Assembly: GCA_016936175.1 (NCBI GenBank) | Contig: JAFGPN010000004.1 | Location: forward strand, 5,726 to 69,725 | Length of the DNA stretch: 64,000 nucleotides | Source: Patescibacteria group bacterium | GTDB lineage: Bacteria; Patescibacteriota; Kazan-3B-28; UBA10110 | Direction of reading: 5' to 3' | In this document: piece by piece, positions 1-9,880 of the stretch | Numbering within the stretch: the stretch's first letter is position 1 | How the letters are laid out: every line of letters starts with the position of its first letter | The notes under the pieces: model-generated | What the model was told of the DNA's origin: nothing | The model's input: the letters and a program-made list of their open reading frames with translations, nothing else | Database searches by the model: none | Translations under genes and position numbers: made by a program

Positions 1-2515
1 TGCCGTTTTTGGTTGTCGGACGAGCAGTCTCAGGGGTCATCAAGTCGTCGTCCTCCTGGGCCATCACCGTAAACGAAACCACCTTATCGCCCCTATCAGA
101 CGATTTAAACCGCATCAGGGTAACTCCTTGTGTAATCCGGCCTAACATCGGGACACCTTTTAGTGGCATCCGAATTACCTGCCCGTTTTTGGAGGTGATA
201 ATCAAATCGGCATTTAACGTCCGTGCAACCAGTTGACCACCAATTACCTTGCCAGTTTTCTCGTTGACGTTAAAGGTCTTTACACCAATGCCACCGCGAT
301 GTTGCAAGGGGTACTGGGTTAAGCTGGTACGTTTGCCCAACCCTTTTTCCGAGATAGTCAACATGCCGTAATCACCACCGCTCATCGCCACATCGGCCGC
401 TACCACTTCGTCTTTGGGACGTAAGCGAACACCTCGCACGCCGCGCGTACTCCGACCTAACAATCTGGCGTCAACTTCTGCAAAGTGAATCGCTTGTCCT
501 TCGCGGGTTATTATCACCACCGAATCCCCTTTGCGAGATTTACTCACCCACTTTAATTCGTCGCCTTCGTCTAACTTAATTGCAATCAAACCATTGGCAC
601 GAATATTGGCGTATTTAACAGCCTCGGTTTTTTTGATTACACCACGCTTAGTAATCATCACAAAATTATCCGCGGGCTCGTATTTTTGCATCGTTAGGAT
701 GCCCGTAACAATCTCTTCGGGCCCTAACTGAATTACGTTTACCATCGCGCTACCTTTGGCAATCCGCGAAGCTTGCGGAATTTCGTAGACCCGTTGCCGA
801 AAAACTCGTCCACGATTAGTAAAGAACAGGATGTCATCATGATTTTTGGCGACCTGAATTCTATCAATCTGATCTTCGTCTTTGGTCGTCATCCCAATGA
901 TTCCTTTACCGCCTCGCTTTTGGGCCTTATAGGCAGTTACCGGCTGACGTTTGATATAACCACCCTTGGTAATGGTAATTACCACTTCTTCGTTTGGCAC
1001 TAAATCTTCTTCGCTAAACTGACCCAAAGTTTTTTGCATTACTTTAGTCCGTCTCTCGTCACCGTATTTATCCTTTAATTCAAGCGACTCCGTTTTAATA
1101 ATCCCCATAATCCGCGCGTCCGAAGCCAGGATATCTTTTAGCTCTTTGATTAGTGTTTTCTTTTCTTTATATTCGTCCTCGACTTTTTTCCGCTCCAAGC
1201 CAGCCAAAGCCTGCAGGCGCATCTCCAATATCGCTGTCGATTGAGCTTCCGACAGCTTAAACTTCTTCATCAAATTAGCGTGGGCCTCTTCTTTGGTCGC
1301 CGACTGTTTAATGGTCTTGATTACCGCATCCAGATTGTCGAGCGCAATCTTGAGCCCTTCTAAAATATGAGCGCGCTCCTGGGCCTTAGCTAGATCATAT
1401 TGGGTCCGTCGCGTTACTACCTGCCGACGATGATCGATAAAGTATTGCAGTGTAGATTTTAAATCCAGCACCTGCGGCTGGATGCCGTCCACTAATGCCA
1501 GGTTATTAACATGAAACGAAGACTGCATCGCCGTTTGCTTAAACAGCTGATTTAAAACTTTTTTGGGATAGGCATCCTTCTTCAGCTCGATTACTATCCG
1601 AATGCCGTCCCGGTCTGATTCATCTCTCAGGTCCGATACACCGATTAGCTTCTTGGTCTTAACTAAATCCGCAATCTTTTCGACCAAGGTAGATTTATTA
1701 ACCTGATACGGCAGTTCGGTAACCAAAATTCTAAAACCGCGATTGGTCTCTTCGATCTCCGCTACCGCGCGCATAACAATGCTGCCCTTGCCCGTTAGAT
1801 AGGCCTGCTTAATCTCGTTCGGATTATAGATAACTCCGCCAGTCGGAAAATCTGGCCCCTTAATATATTCCATTAGATCTTCCGATGAGCTACCAGGATC
1901 ATCCACCAAGTGCGCGATGGCATCCATTAGCTCACCTAAGTTATGAGGTGGCACGCTAGTCGCCATTCCCACGGCAATGCCCATCGTTCCGTTTAACAAT
2001 AGCTGAGGCACTTTGGCTGGCAAAACCTTGGGCTCTTTGCGCGTTCCATCATAGTTGTCCATAAAATCAACCGTATCGTGATCAATATCAGCTAACATCT
2101 CCTCGGCCATCTTAGTCATCTTGGCCTCGGTATAACGCATAGCCGCCGCGCCGTCACCATCCACCGAGCCAAAGTTTCCCTGACCATCTACTAATGGATA
2201 CCTCATCGAAAAATCTTGGGCTAACCGCACCAATGTATCGTAGGCCGCCAAATCGCCATGGGGATGATATTTACCCAATACTTCACCGACTACGGTGGCA
2301 GATTTTCTATACTTGGCAGTTGGGTGTAGCCCCATCTCGTTCATGGCATACAGCACCCGACGATGGACTGGCTTTAATCCATCTCTCACATCCGGTAAGG
2401 CGCGGGCCACGATTACGCTCATGGCGTAACTTAAATAGGATTGCCGAATCTCTTCTTCCAAGATCCGCGGCATCACTTTACCAATTAAATCTTTTTCTTC
2501 GTGGTCCTTCTTCAT
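1..2515 (-). CDS. gyrA: DNA gyrase subunit A (3' end runs off the window)
   Basis: Manual translation from ATG 2515: [53 protein letters not shown], then [14 protein letters not shown] and a GyrA-box QKRGGKG. Absent from the ORF track because the stop lies outside the window. Confidence 0.97.
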   Translation of the reverse strand, partial: MKKDHEEKDLIGKVMPRILEEEIRQSYLSYAMSVIVARALPDVRDGLKPVHRRVLYAMNEMGLHPTAKYRKSATVVGEVLGKYHPHGDLAAYDTLVRLAQDFSMRYPLVDGQGNFGSVDGDGAAAMRYTEAKMTKMAEEMLADIDHDTVDFMDNYDGTRKEPKVLPAKVPQLLLNGTMGIAVGMATSVPPHNLGELMDAIAHLVDDPGSSSEDLMEYIKGPDFPTGGVIYNPNEIKQAYLTGKGSIVMRAVAEIEETNRGFRILVTELPYQVNKSTLVEKIADLVKTKKLIGVSDLRDESDRDGIRIVIELKKDAYPKKVLNQLFKQTAMQSSFHVNNLALVDGIQPQVLDLKSTLQYFIDHRRQVVTRRTQYDLAKAQERAHILEGLKIALDNLDAVIKTIKQSATKEEAHANLMKKFKLSEAQSTAILEMRLQALAGLERKKVEDEYKEKKTLIKELKDILASDARIMGIIKTESLELKDKYGDERRTKVMQKTLGQFSEEDLVPNEEVVITITKGGYIKRQPVTAYKAQKRGGKGIIGMTTKDEDQIDRIQVAKNHDDILFFTNRGRVFRQRVYEIPQASRIAKGSAMVNVIQLGPEEIVTGILTMQKYEPADNFVMITKRGVIKKTEAVKYANIRANGLIAIKLDEGDELKWVSKSRKGDSVVIITREGQAIHFAEVDARLLGRSTRGVRGVRLRPKDEVVAADVAMSGGDYGMLTISEKGLGKRTSLTQYPLQHRGGIGVKTFNVNEKTGKVIGGQLVARTLNADLIITSKNGQVIRMPLKGVPMLGRITQGVTLMRFKSSDRGDKVVSFTVMAQEDDDLMTPETARPTTKNG

Positions 2516-2585
2516 ACCAAGTAAGCACCTCTCCGTTAACGCTAACGGACTACTTTAGAAATCTAATTCTTAATTATATAGCTCG

Positions 2586-3593
2586 CTAAACTGACCTGTA
2601 AGAATCAATCAGCCATTTACCATCAGACTGCTTGAGCATAACAAATAATCGTTTGTCTGTAACGGTCACTCCGTCTGGGGTCTCCTTAGTCAGCGTGGCA
2701 TCTATCTCAATCTTGGTGTCGCTGAGTTTTCTGGTATCAGCAATCTTATAGCTTTTAATCTCCGAGGTTTCTTCTTGAACTGCCCCTGGCTGGAAATCGG
2801 CCTCGGCCGCCGGAGTTAGGTATAGCCGCATCGCCACCACATCTTTGCCCACGTAAGCCTGCATAAACTTGGTAGTAACGTCGTTGGCTGCTGTTTTCTC
2901 GGCATCATCCTCGTCGCTCTTAGTCTTTTGCTCATCAAGATAGGTCTGTACAAAATCCTCAACCTCAGAGGCGATAGCAAATAGCTCTCGCGATAATGTG
3001 GTGGTGATTACACTCCCCTTGTCTGCCACCAACAGATTATCGTAAGACTCATTCATCGCTTCGCTTAAGGTTTTAAGCGTATCGATATCTTTCATCTCTT
3101 TAATCAGAGAACTGCGACCTTTTTCGATAACTCGACCCATCTCTCTTAAATAAGCGATGTAATCATCCAAAAAGGTAGTTAACCGACTGTTAAACACATT
3201 GCCAGAAAGCGAATAGCCACCTGGGCTATCTAGCTTGTACAACACATCCCGAAGCTGACCATTGGTTTTATTTAAAGCAGTTTCGAAACTACTACTGCCC
3301 TCCAAGGCCATATCCTCAAACTTATTTAAATCGGCAAAACTATTGGTCAATTGATTAGTGGCTATTACCACCGTGTTCCACTGCTCGCTAATAGTTTTAG
3401 TCCCTGCCCCGGTTTGGCTTTGAACTGTGTAGTAATAATAAGAGGCCAACCCACCAATCATTACAATCAAGACCCCTGCAAAGATGGTGGCAAGAATAGT
3501 TAAAGCTGGCGGGCGAGTTGCCCGACGGATATTCTCCGCTTCCTCGTAGATAACCTCATCAGAGCCGCTATCGGCTGGGTCCTCAGAAACCAT
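2586..3593 (-). CDS. Hypothetical single-TM membrane-anchored protein
   Basis: 335-aa ORF with an N-terminal TM helix and a good SD (AAAGGAGG). Confidence 0.7.
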   Translation of the reverse strand: MVSEDPADSGSDEVIYEEAENIRRATRPPALTILATIFAGVLIVMIGGLASYYYYTVQSQTGAGTKTISEQWNTVVIATNQLTNSFADLNKFEDMALEGSSSFETALNKTNGQLRDVLYKLDSPGGYSLSGNVFNSRLTTFLDDYIAYLREMGRVIEKGRSSLIKEMKDIDTLKTLSEAMNESYDNLLVADKGSVITTTLSRELFAIASEVEDFVQTYLDEQKTKSDEDDAEKTAANDVTTKFMQAYVGKDVVAMRLYLTPAAEADFQPGAVQEETSEIKSYKIADTRKLSDTKIEIDATLTKETPDGVTVTDKRLFVMLKQSDGKWLIDSYRSV

Positions 3594-3713
3594 AAAATAT
3601 AGCCTCCTTTACTGCCCTTATTATACCTGAAAATTATCCCATAAAAAAGCTGGCTCGTAGTGGGGTAGAGCCAGCGCTGTCTCGGGTTGCGGTCGTGAGT
3701 GGATACATGAACT

Positions 3714-4268
3714 CTATGGATAGCTGTTTACAGCATTACTGAAATGGATCCAGCTGATTATGACGTAGGTGCCAAACACTACTAACGCGACAAAGATCCA
3801 GACTGCGATCTGCCAGCCTCGCTGGGATCGCCAGAACTCATTAATGCTCGTATATGGTTTGGCCTTCCAGGCATACTCGTTACCCTTTGCCCCCAACACG
3901 ATATCGATAATGAATCCGGCGAATCCCCAGGTCAGTAGCCAACCCAACAGGCTGGCTATGCCCCAGATGGGCAAATTGTTGAAAAAACACCAGAGCCAAC
4001 CAAAAATGAAAGCCGGCCAACTCCATCGCCTGATCTCCAGCGGAACCCCTCCGTTATCTGCTTGGTTGGACTGGACGGCTACCGTTTGCCTAACTCTTGG
4101 TTGTTGCCGGAGTTGTTGCTCTCGCTCCCTTTGTATCCGGTTAGCCTGAACTCGCCGATATTCGCTAACGTTAATCCCACAATCAACGCAGTAACGGACA
4201 CCCCACTCTGGATGAATCGAGATGTCCTTATGACACTGAGGACAAGATATATCTTCTCCTGCCGACAA
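3714..4268 (-). CDS. Zinc-ribbon plus membrane protein (DUF2628-like)
   Basis: CPQC...CVDC ribbon, a WSWPAFIFGWLW membrane motif and SD AAGGAGGTG before TTG. Confidence 0.65.
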   Translation of the reverse strand: MSAGEDISCPQCHKDISIHPEWGVRYCVDCGINVSEYRRVQANRIQREREQQLRQQPRVRQTVAVQSNQADNGGVPLEIRRWSWPAFIFGWLWCFFNNLPIWGIASLLGWLLTWGFAGFIIDIVLGAKGNEYAWKAKPYTSINEFWRSQRGWQIAVWIFVALVVFGTYVIISWIHFSNAVNSYP

Positions 4269-4346
4269 TTGCGGTCACCTCCTTATCTGTATCTGTAGTG
4301 CCTATATGTCAACCGTCTAATCTACCACAAATTACAACGGATTGGT

Positions 4347-5261
4347 CTACCCGGCGCTAATATAGCGAATCTCTGGCTCCAGGGTAGTTCCCATCCGTTT
4401 TTTGACCGCCTCAATCACCTTAGCCGCTAGCTTCTTTACATCTTTTGATTTTGCCCCACCGATATTTACCAAAAAATTAGGGTGTTTGGTAGAGATGCGC
4501 GCTCCACCCACCGTTACCCCGCGCATCCCAGCCGCATTAATCAGCTTCCAGGCCGCCTCACCAGGTGGATTTTTAAAAAAACTACCGGCACAAGCCGCAT
4601 GGGGATGTTTGCCCCACCGCAACTGTTTCTCTTCATCGATGGCTTTCAATATTCTATTTTTGTTATCTGGCAACAATTTAAATCGCGCGCTCAATACAAT
4701 CAGATGCGGCTTGGCTTTTAATTCCGAACTGCGATATGTAAAATCTAACTCCTTAGGGCTAACGGTGGCAACCTTCCCAGTTTTGGCGTTAAATAAATCA
4801 ACCTCGATCAAAGTTTCGGCAATCGCTTTGCCATAACAACCGGCATTGCCAACGATTGCGCCGCCCACACTGCCCGGGATATTGGCCAAAAAATCTAGGC
4901 CGCCCAAGTTATACATCGCCGCATGTTTAACTAATCGATTAAGCGAACAGCCCGCCCACGCCATGGCGGTGGTGGCGGTTTTATCTACTTCGATATTATT
5001 GGCCAAATAACGCACCACCAGCCCTCGGAATCCGGCATCATCAAACAATAAATTGCTGGCGGCGCCAATCACCAGATACCGCAGTTTTAACTGGTGTGCC
5101 AATTTAACTATCTCAACCAATTGGGTGGGATTTTTAGCTTCAATCAATAAATCAGCTGGCCCACCGATCTTAAACGTACAGTAACGCGAAAGTGGAACCC
5201 GACGTTTAATTACGCCAGGATATTTTTTTGCAAACTCGTTGTATTTTTTAGCATCAGTCAC
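4347..5261 (-). CDS. murB: UDP-N-acetylenolpyruvoylglucosamine reductase
   Basis: Motifs TFKIGGPAD, IPGSVGGAIVGNAGCYG, AGSFFKNP, HPNFLVN and LEPEI. Confidence 0.96.
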   Translation of the reverse strand: MTDAKKYNEFAKKYPGVIKRRVPLSRYCTFKIGGPADLLIEAKNPTQLVEIVKLAHQLKLRYLVIGAASNLLFDDAGFRGLVVRYLANNIEVDKTATTAMAWAGCSLNRLVKHAAMYNLGGLDFLANIPGSVGGAIVGNAGCYGKAIAETLIEVDLFNAKTGKVATVSPKELDFTYRSSELKAKPHLIVLSARFKLLPDNKNRILKAIDEEKQLRWGKHPHAACAGSFFKNPPGEAAWKLINAAGMRGVTVGGARISTKHPNFLVNIGGAKSKDVKKLAAKVIEAVKKRMGTTLEPEIRYISAG

Positions 5262-5263
5262 GT

Positions 5264-6001
5264 TTATGCCTTAACCAGTAGCATTGCGATAATTCCCAAG
5301 ATCAAAACTGCTACCTGTCCAAATCTTGCTAACAAATATTTTCCGGTTTTTAATTCGGCAAATAGATCAACCAACGCAATGTAAATAAATCCTCCAGCAC
5401 CAACTGCAATGATGTACGGCACTACCTGCTGAATAGACTGAAGAGCAAAATAGGCCACCAGACCGCCGATTACTGCTACCAGAGCGGATAATAAATTCCA
5501 CCACAGCGCTCGTGTTTTGGTAAATCCGCTATGAATCAACACCGCAAAATCGCCTAACTCCTGCGGAATTTCGTGCAAGAGCATGGCAAAAGTTGTGGCG
5601 ATACCCACCGGTATGCTCACCAAAAAAGCAGAGGCTACAATTACGCCGTCCAAAAAATTGTGAAACGCATCCCCCACTAACACCGAATAGCCAATTACTT
5701 TTTTATTCCCGCACTCGTCACAATTGTGATGATGCTCGTGATGCCAGTGTAGCACTTGCTCAAACAACAGGAACAAAATTATCCCCCCGGCAGTGTAGTA
5801 CAACGCAATATTCCCGATTGCGGTAATTCCTTCTGGAATTAAATCTAACAACCCGACCCCCAACAGGGCGCCCGCCGCAAACGCCACTAACCACGGCATT
5901 GATTTATTTAGGGCCTTCTCACTAAACGCAAAATACAACGCTCCAATCAACGAAACCGCGCTAATGATTAATAAACTAATTAAAATGTAAAGTAATGTCA
6001 T
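5264..6001 (-). CDS. ZIP-family metal transporter
   Basis: His-rich loop HWHHEHHH, plus DAFHNFLDG and HEIPQELGD motifs. Confidence 0.92.
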   Translation of the reverse strand: MTLLYILISLLIISAVSLIGALYFAFSEKALNKSMPWLVAFAAGALLGVGLLDLIPEGITAIGNIALYYTAGGIILFLLFEQVLHWHHEHHHNCDECGNKKVIGYSVLVGDAFHNFLDGVIVASAFLVSIPVGIATTFAMLLHEIPQELGDFAVLIHSGFTKTRALWWNLLSALVAVIGGLVAYFALQSIQQVVPYIIAVGAGGFIYIALVDLFAELKTGKYLLARFGQVAVLILGIIAMLLVKA

Positions 6002-6004
6002 TGG

Positions 6005-6430
6005 TTATTCGGTAGATACTGGGATGGTGCCACATTTTGTGGCGGCTTGGGCGGCTTTTACGGCATCATCCAAATTGGGCTCGACCGTCCAAACTTGGCG
6101 GCCGTCCTTAAGCCAGAGATCAACATTACGATCGTGCGTCTGCGAAATTCTTAAAACTTCGCAGTTTTTTATCATCGATAGCGCCTGATTCCATTCAATC
6201 ATTTCACTGCCAGTCGAATCACTCCCCTGCCCTGGCAGATTTTGATTATCCGAAGAAATGCAGGCCGTGGTCGGCATAGGTGCACTCGGGTTTCCGTGTT
6301 TTATCCACTGATTATTCTGACAGAGCCAGGTGTCTTCGTCACCGCTACCCAATCTCAGCCCCACCACCGTAGCGCCTGATATCGCCAAAATTAGCACCAA
6401 AACCCACAAGAATTTATCCAATCTGTCCAT
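6005..6430 (-). CDS. Hypothetical membrane-anchored protein
   Basis: N-terminal TM helix and an EDTWLC...WIKHGNP motif. Confidence 0.65.
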   Translation of the reverse strand: MDRLDKFLWVLVLILAISGATVVGLRLGSGDEDTWLCQNNQWIKHGNPSAPMPTTACISSDNQNLPGQGSDSTGSEMIEWNQALSMIKNCEVLRISQTHDRNVDLWLKDGRQVWTVEPNLDDAVKAAQAATKCGTIPVSTE

Positions 6431-6540
6431 CTCCCATCATTTTACCATCACCACATTCAACGGCAGGGCACTTTTTATTTTGGACATGTCGTGTCGTAAG
6501 CCGTAAAATCAGATATCCGAACCACAGGTATTTTAATCTG

Positions 6541-6638
6541 GTCATTGCGAGGAGTTGTTAACAACGACTAAGCAATCTCGAGATTGCCACCTTCCGGGGC
6601 AGAGCCCTCCAGGGCGAAGCCGCTTCGCTCGCAATGAC
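6541..6638. repeat. REP-like palindromic element (GTCATTGCGAG...CTCGCAATGAC)
   Basis: 11-bp terminal inverted repeats with internal hairpins, intergenic. Confidence 0.8.
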
Positions 6639-6651
6639 ATGAGCGGAAAAA

Positions 6652-7809
6652 TTATACTGATTTCTCATGTGACATTTTTTCAATTGGGGCAAAGTAATGT
6701 TTGCCTTTTAGCTGCTCGGGTAGATAACTTTCTTTGTCATATTTTTCGTAGCCAGCGCCATAACCCAAACTCTTCATTAATTTGGTTGGCGCGTTGCGCA
6801 CTTTAAGCGGAATCGGCAGATTACCGTGCTGTTTTACATCTTCAATCGCCGCAAAATAAGCATCGTACGAGCTTCTATCTTTGGGACACCGTGCCAAATA
6901 CACTACACCGTGCGCCAGATTAATGGCACACTCTGGGAGCCCTATAGTTTCGACCGACCGAAACACCTCGTTTGCTACCACCAGAGCCGTCGGCTGAGCC
7001 ATCCCGATATCTTCTGAGGCAAAAACTACCATCCTTCGGGCAATAAATTTAGGGTCTTCTCCCGCTTCCACCATTCGAGCCAAATAGTACAGGGCGGCAT
7101 CGGGTTGGCTAGCGCGCATGCTTTTTATAAACGCGCTAATGGTGTTAAAGTGCTCATCCCCTTGCTTATCAAATCGCAGAAATTTATTTTGCAGGGTGTT
7201 GGTTAAACTCTCAACCGTTACCTTGCCATAAAAGTTTCGCGTATTTTCTAACATCGTAATCGCTTGGCGAGCGTCTCCGTTCGCCATATTAATTAACCAG
7301 TCGCGCGCTTCTTCATCTAACTTTATTTCGGAACGAGCGATAATCTGCAACATTTCGTCATGCGATAGCTCGTTTAAAACAAAAACTCGACAGCGAGAAA
7401 GTAGCGCGGGAATTACCTCGAAGCTAGGATTCTCCGTGGTAGCACCGATTAAAGTTAGCTCTCCCCGCTCCACATACGGCAACAAAAAATCCTGCTGGGC
7501 CTTGTTAAACCGATGGATCTCATCCAAAAACAACACCCGCGGCTTGATAGTGGGCTGACCAACTAATTTACGAATATCGTCCTTGCCAGACGAAACGGCC
7601 GACAGCTCCGTCAGCTCGACATCTAAAGCTTTAGCATAGATCTTGGCCAATGTGGTTTTGCCCACCCCCGGCGGCCCCCACAAGATAAACGAAAACAAAT
7701 GCTTATTTTCTATGGCGATTCGGAGGGGTTTGCCCTCGCCTACCAGATGAGTCTGCCCAATAAACCCAGATAGATCTTGTGGCCTAATTTGAGATGCTAA
7801 TGGCTCCAT
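6652..7809 (-). CDS. rarA: Replication-associated recombination protein A (RarA/MgsA AAA+ ATPase)
   Basis: GPPGVGKTT, DEIHRFNKAQQD, GATTENPSF and SAFIKSMR motifs. Confidence 0.96.
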   Translation of the reverse strand: MEPLASQIRPQDLSGFIGQTHLVGEGKPLRIAIENKHLFSFILWGPPGVGKTTLAKIYAKALDVELTELSAVSSGKDDIRKLVGQPTIKPRVLFLDEIHRFNKAQQDFLLPYVERGELTLIGATTENPSFEVIPALLSRCRVFVLNELSHDEMLQIIARSEIKLDEEARDWLINMANGDARQAITMLENTRNFYGKVTVESLTNTLQNKFLRFDKQGDEHFNTISAFIKSMRASQPDAALYYLARMVEAGEDPKFIARRMVVFASEDIGMAQPTALVVANEVFRSVETIGLPECAINLAHGVVYLARCPKDRSSYDAYFAAIEDVKQHGNLPIPLKVRNAPTKLMKSLGYGAGYEKYDKESYLPEQLKGKHYFAPIEKMSHEKSV

Positions 7810-7925
7810 ACAGCCTATTATCGCACAGCTACGAATCAGGTATAATCAGGTTATATTTGTCATTCCCGGGTCGTCCCTGGCCGCACCCGAGGCGTAGCCG
7901 CGGGCAGGCTAATGGCAGTACCATT

Positions 7926-8195
7926 ATGTACTTTGTGTATATCATACGGAGTGCGACAACGAGGCGGCACTATGTGGGGCTGACTGCTGATGTTTGCAAA
8001 AGATTGGCTGCTCACAATTCTGGAACCACCAGACCAACTATCAGCGGACGCCCATGGTCGCTAATACATCAGGAAGAATTCAATACTAGGACAGAAGCCC
8101 GAGAACGAGAAAAGTATCTAAAAAGTTATGGTGGCGCCGGTGAGAAACAGGCTATAATCAGGGCGTCCGCTGACAATTATTCCCGGGTCGTCTAA
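7926..8195 (+). CDS. Small GIY-YIG nuclease (UPF0213-like)
   Basis: MYFVYIIRS...HYVGLT...RLAAHN...AREREKYLK. The stop codon lies inside tRNA-Gln. Confidence 0.88.
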   Translation: MYFVYIIRSATTRRHYVGLTADVCKRLAAHNSGTTRPTISGRPWSLIHQEEFNTRTEAREREKYLKSYGGAGEKQAIIRASADNYSRVV

Positions 8196-8254
8196 GGGCA
8201 GGACACTTGGTTTTGGTCCAAGGAATCGGGGTTCAAATCCCTGCCCGGGAGCCA
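8181..8254 (+). tRNA. tRNA-Gln (UUG)
   Basis: Acceptor stem TCCCGGG/CCCGGGA plus GCCA, anticodon arm CTTGG-TTTTGGT-CCAAG, T arm with GTTCAAATC. Confidence 0.95.
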
Positions 8255-8318
8255 TTCGACAAGCTCATGGCTTTGCGCCAAAATGCATGCGTGAGACGAT
8301 TTCCGATATAATAAATTT

Positions 8319-8612
8319 GTGAGTAGAGCAAATAAAATATTTCTCGGCGTATTTATAACCAGTTTGATATTAGCAGTAGCTACATATTGGTATATTCCCG
8401 CCAGCTGTCGGCCTTATTTTTCTCCGATAACCAAAATCTTACCCGGCACCAGTGACTCCGCGCCCATTGCTATGTATTCTTCGGTTATCTGTGGACAGCA
8501 ATATTGGGTGGCAGGGGTATTGTTTTGGACCTCCTTGGTTATAGCTGGAACGATGATCTTGACAGGGGGAGTTCGATATTTGGGAATTAAATTCAGGCGT
8601 TTAAAACGCTAA
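8319..8612 (+). CDS. Small hypothetical membrane protein
   Basis: Two TM helices; TATAAT lies 6 nt before GTG. Confidence 0.6.
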   Translation: MSRANKIFLGVFITSLILAVATYWYIPASCRPYFSPITKILPGTSDSAPIAMYSSVICGQQYWVAGVLFWTSLVIAGTMILTGGVRYLGIKFRRLKR

Positions 8613-8813
8613 AATATCAGTAGCTTCAACTTAAGAGGATTAAATGCCCCACCCTGCAACCCATTGACCAGGGGCGAGTTCTCGGTGTATGCTAGCCCTC
8701 TTGATTACCGCACCTTGAATTTAGACTCTGGCGTAGAACTACGCAGGCACAAGAAGGACGGACACTTCTGCAAAGCACCGCAACTGCGGTGTTGGTAACA
8801 GGAGCAGATATAT

Positions 8814-9413
8814 ATGACGAAAAATGACAACGATCGTTCGCAACCTGTTGTTGTAACAGCAAGTGATTCCCTCCTCCATCCCCTTGATCACGTCTACTCG
8901 CTTACTCGGGGACTCAAATATGTGAGTCCCGTACTTTTTCCTATGGCGGGTGATGAATCTCTCGCACCTCTCTCTTCTCTAATTAAGTGCGGATTCGGTT
9001 TGGAGAAGCTACATCGGTATCGGTATCAGTATCGGTACCTTGAAGCAACGGTACATACCCCCGATTTGATTGTGCGTGGGTTCGAGCTACAGAGAAACGC
9101 TCGCAGTCTGGATGTATTCAGCGAGTTGCTGAACAGGGAGTGTCGCGGCTTTGAAGACATCAATATTTTACTCGCCTATATCATCCAACTGATTGAACAT
9201 CAGCTCAAATACAAAGAGACTGAACTGCCGGATCATGAACACTTCCATATTTTCTACCACAGTAAAGAAATTGTTTCTTACGTACACTGGCTGTCTGGTC
9301 AATGGAATATTGATATTGGTGAGTTCAGTGGTAGTGATTGGAGCGCAGACACCCGAGTCTTCGCCCCGATGGCGGAGTCTGGGCTAATCATGGAGTTACT
9401 TGGTGGCTCTTAA
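8814..9413 (+). CDS. Hypothetical protein
   Basis: 199-aa ORF with SD AGGAG, an upstream TTGACC...TATGCT promoter and a downstream hairpin with a T run. Confidence 0.6.
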   Translation: MTKNDNDRSQPVVVTASDSLLHPLDHVYSLTRGLKYVSPVLFPMAGDESLAPLSSLIKCGFGLEKLHRYRYQYRYLEATVHTPDLIVRGFELQRNARSLDVFSELLNRECRGFEDINILLAYIIQLIEHQLKYKETELPDHEHFHIFYHSKEIVSYVHWLSGQWNIDIGEFSGSDWSADTRVFAPMAESGLIMELLGGS

Positions 9414-9509
9414 CCTTTTCGTCTCCCACCCCCTACCTCTCAAGTCTTTGGATGGTAACATCTTTAGAACTTGGGAGGTTTTTTAACGTTTCAACTTAAG
9501 CCGTATCCC

Positions 9510-9862
9510 CCCAGTCCAAAGTTCTAAACTTATCCATTAGGGGGAGCCAAGACCAAATTAGTCGCTTACAGAGCGAGTTTTTAGTTTGTGTAATAATGTA
9601 TTTATGGTTTTTGATATTGAACTTACTTTAAATAGATGGGGATTTGGCAAAATTGCTGAAAACAAGTTTCAGTTTCTTTGCTTTAGGTTTTCCAAATGGG
9701 ATATCCCTAACAAATACTCAATCTCTTTTGAGATAAATTGGCGGACTAAAGAAAAGGGCTAATTCCCCCAACTCTTTTCTCACCTTTACCCAATCAATAG
9801 TTCTAAGACGGTCCACCAGGGGGAGGCACTGAAAAATAAACCGCTCTGGGAGCGGTTTATTT
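9510..9862. repeat. Two degenerate direct repeats (about 9510-9590 and 9789-9862) containing a tRNA-3'-like GGGGAG(C/G)CA followed by a terminator-like hairpin; possible att remnants
   Basis: CCCAGTCCAAAGTTCTAAACTTATCCATTAGGGGGAGCCA versus CCCAATCAATAGTTCTAAGACGGTCCACCAGGGGGAGGCA. Confidence 0.55.
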
Positions 9863-9880
9863 ATTTTGGTAAGTCAGCAA

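Noticed and set aside
9..2589. Short plus-strand ORFs over gyrA, and similar antisense ORFs throughout (for example 60969-61625 and 15572-16105)
   Set aside because: They are shadows of well-supported genes on the opposite strand, with no motifs or RBS.
9014..9038. CGGTAT-like hexamer repeat (RYRYQYRY)
   Set aside because: Short, imperfect and frame-neutral, with no evidence of function.
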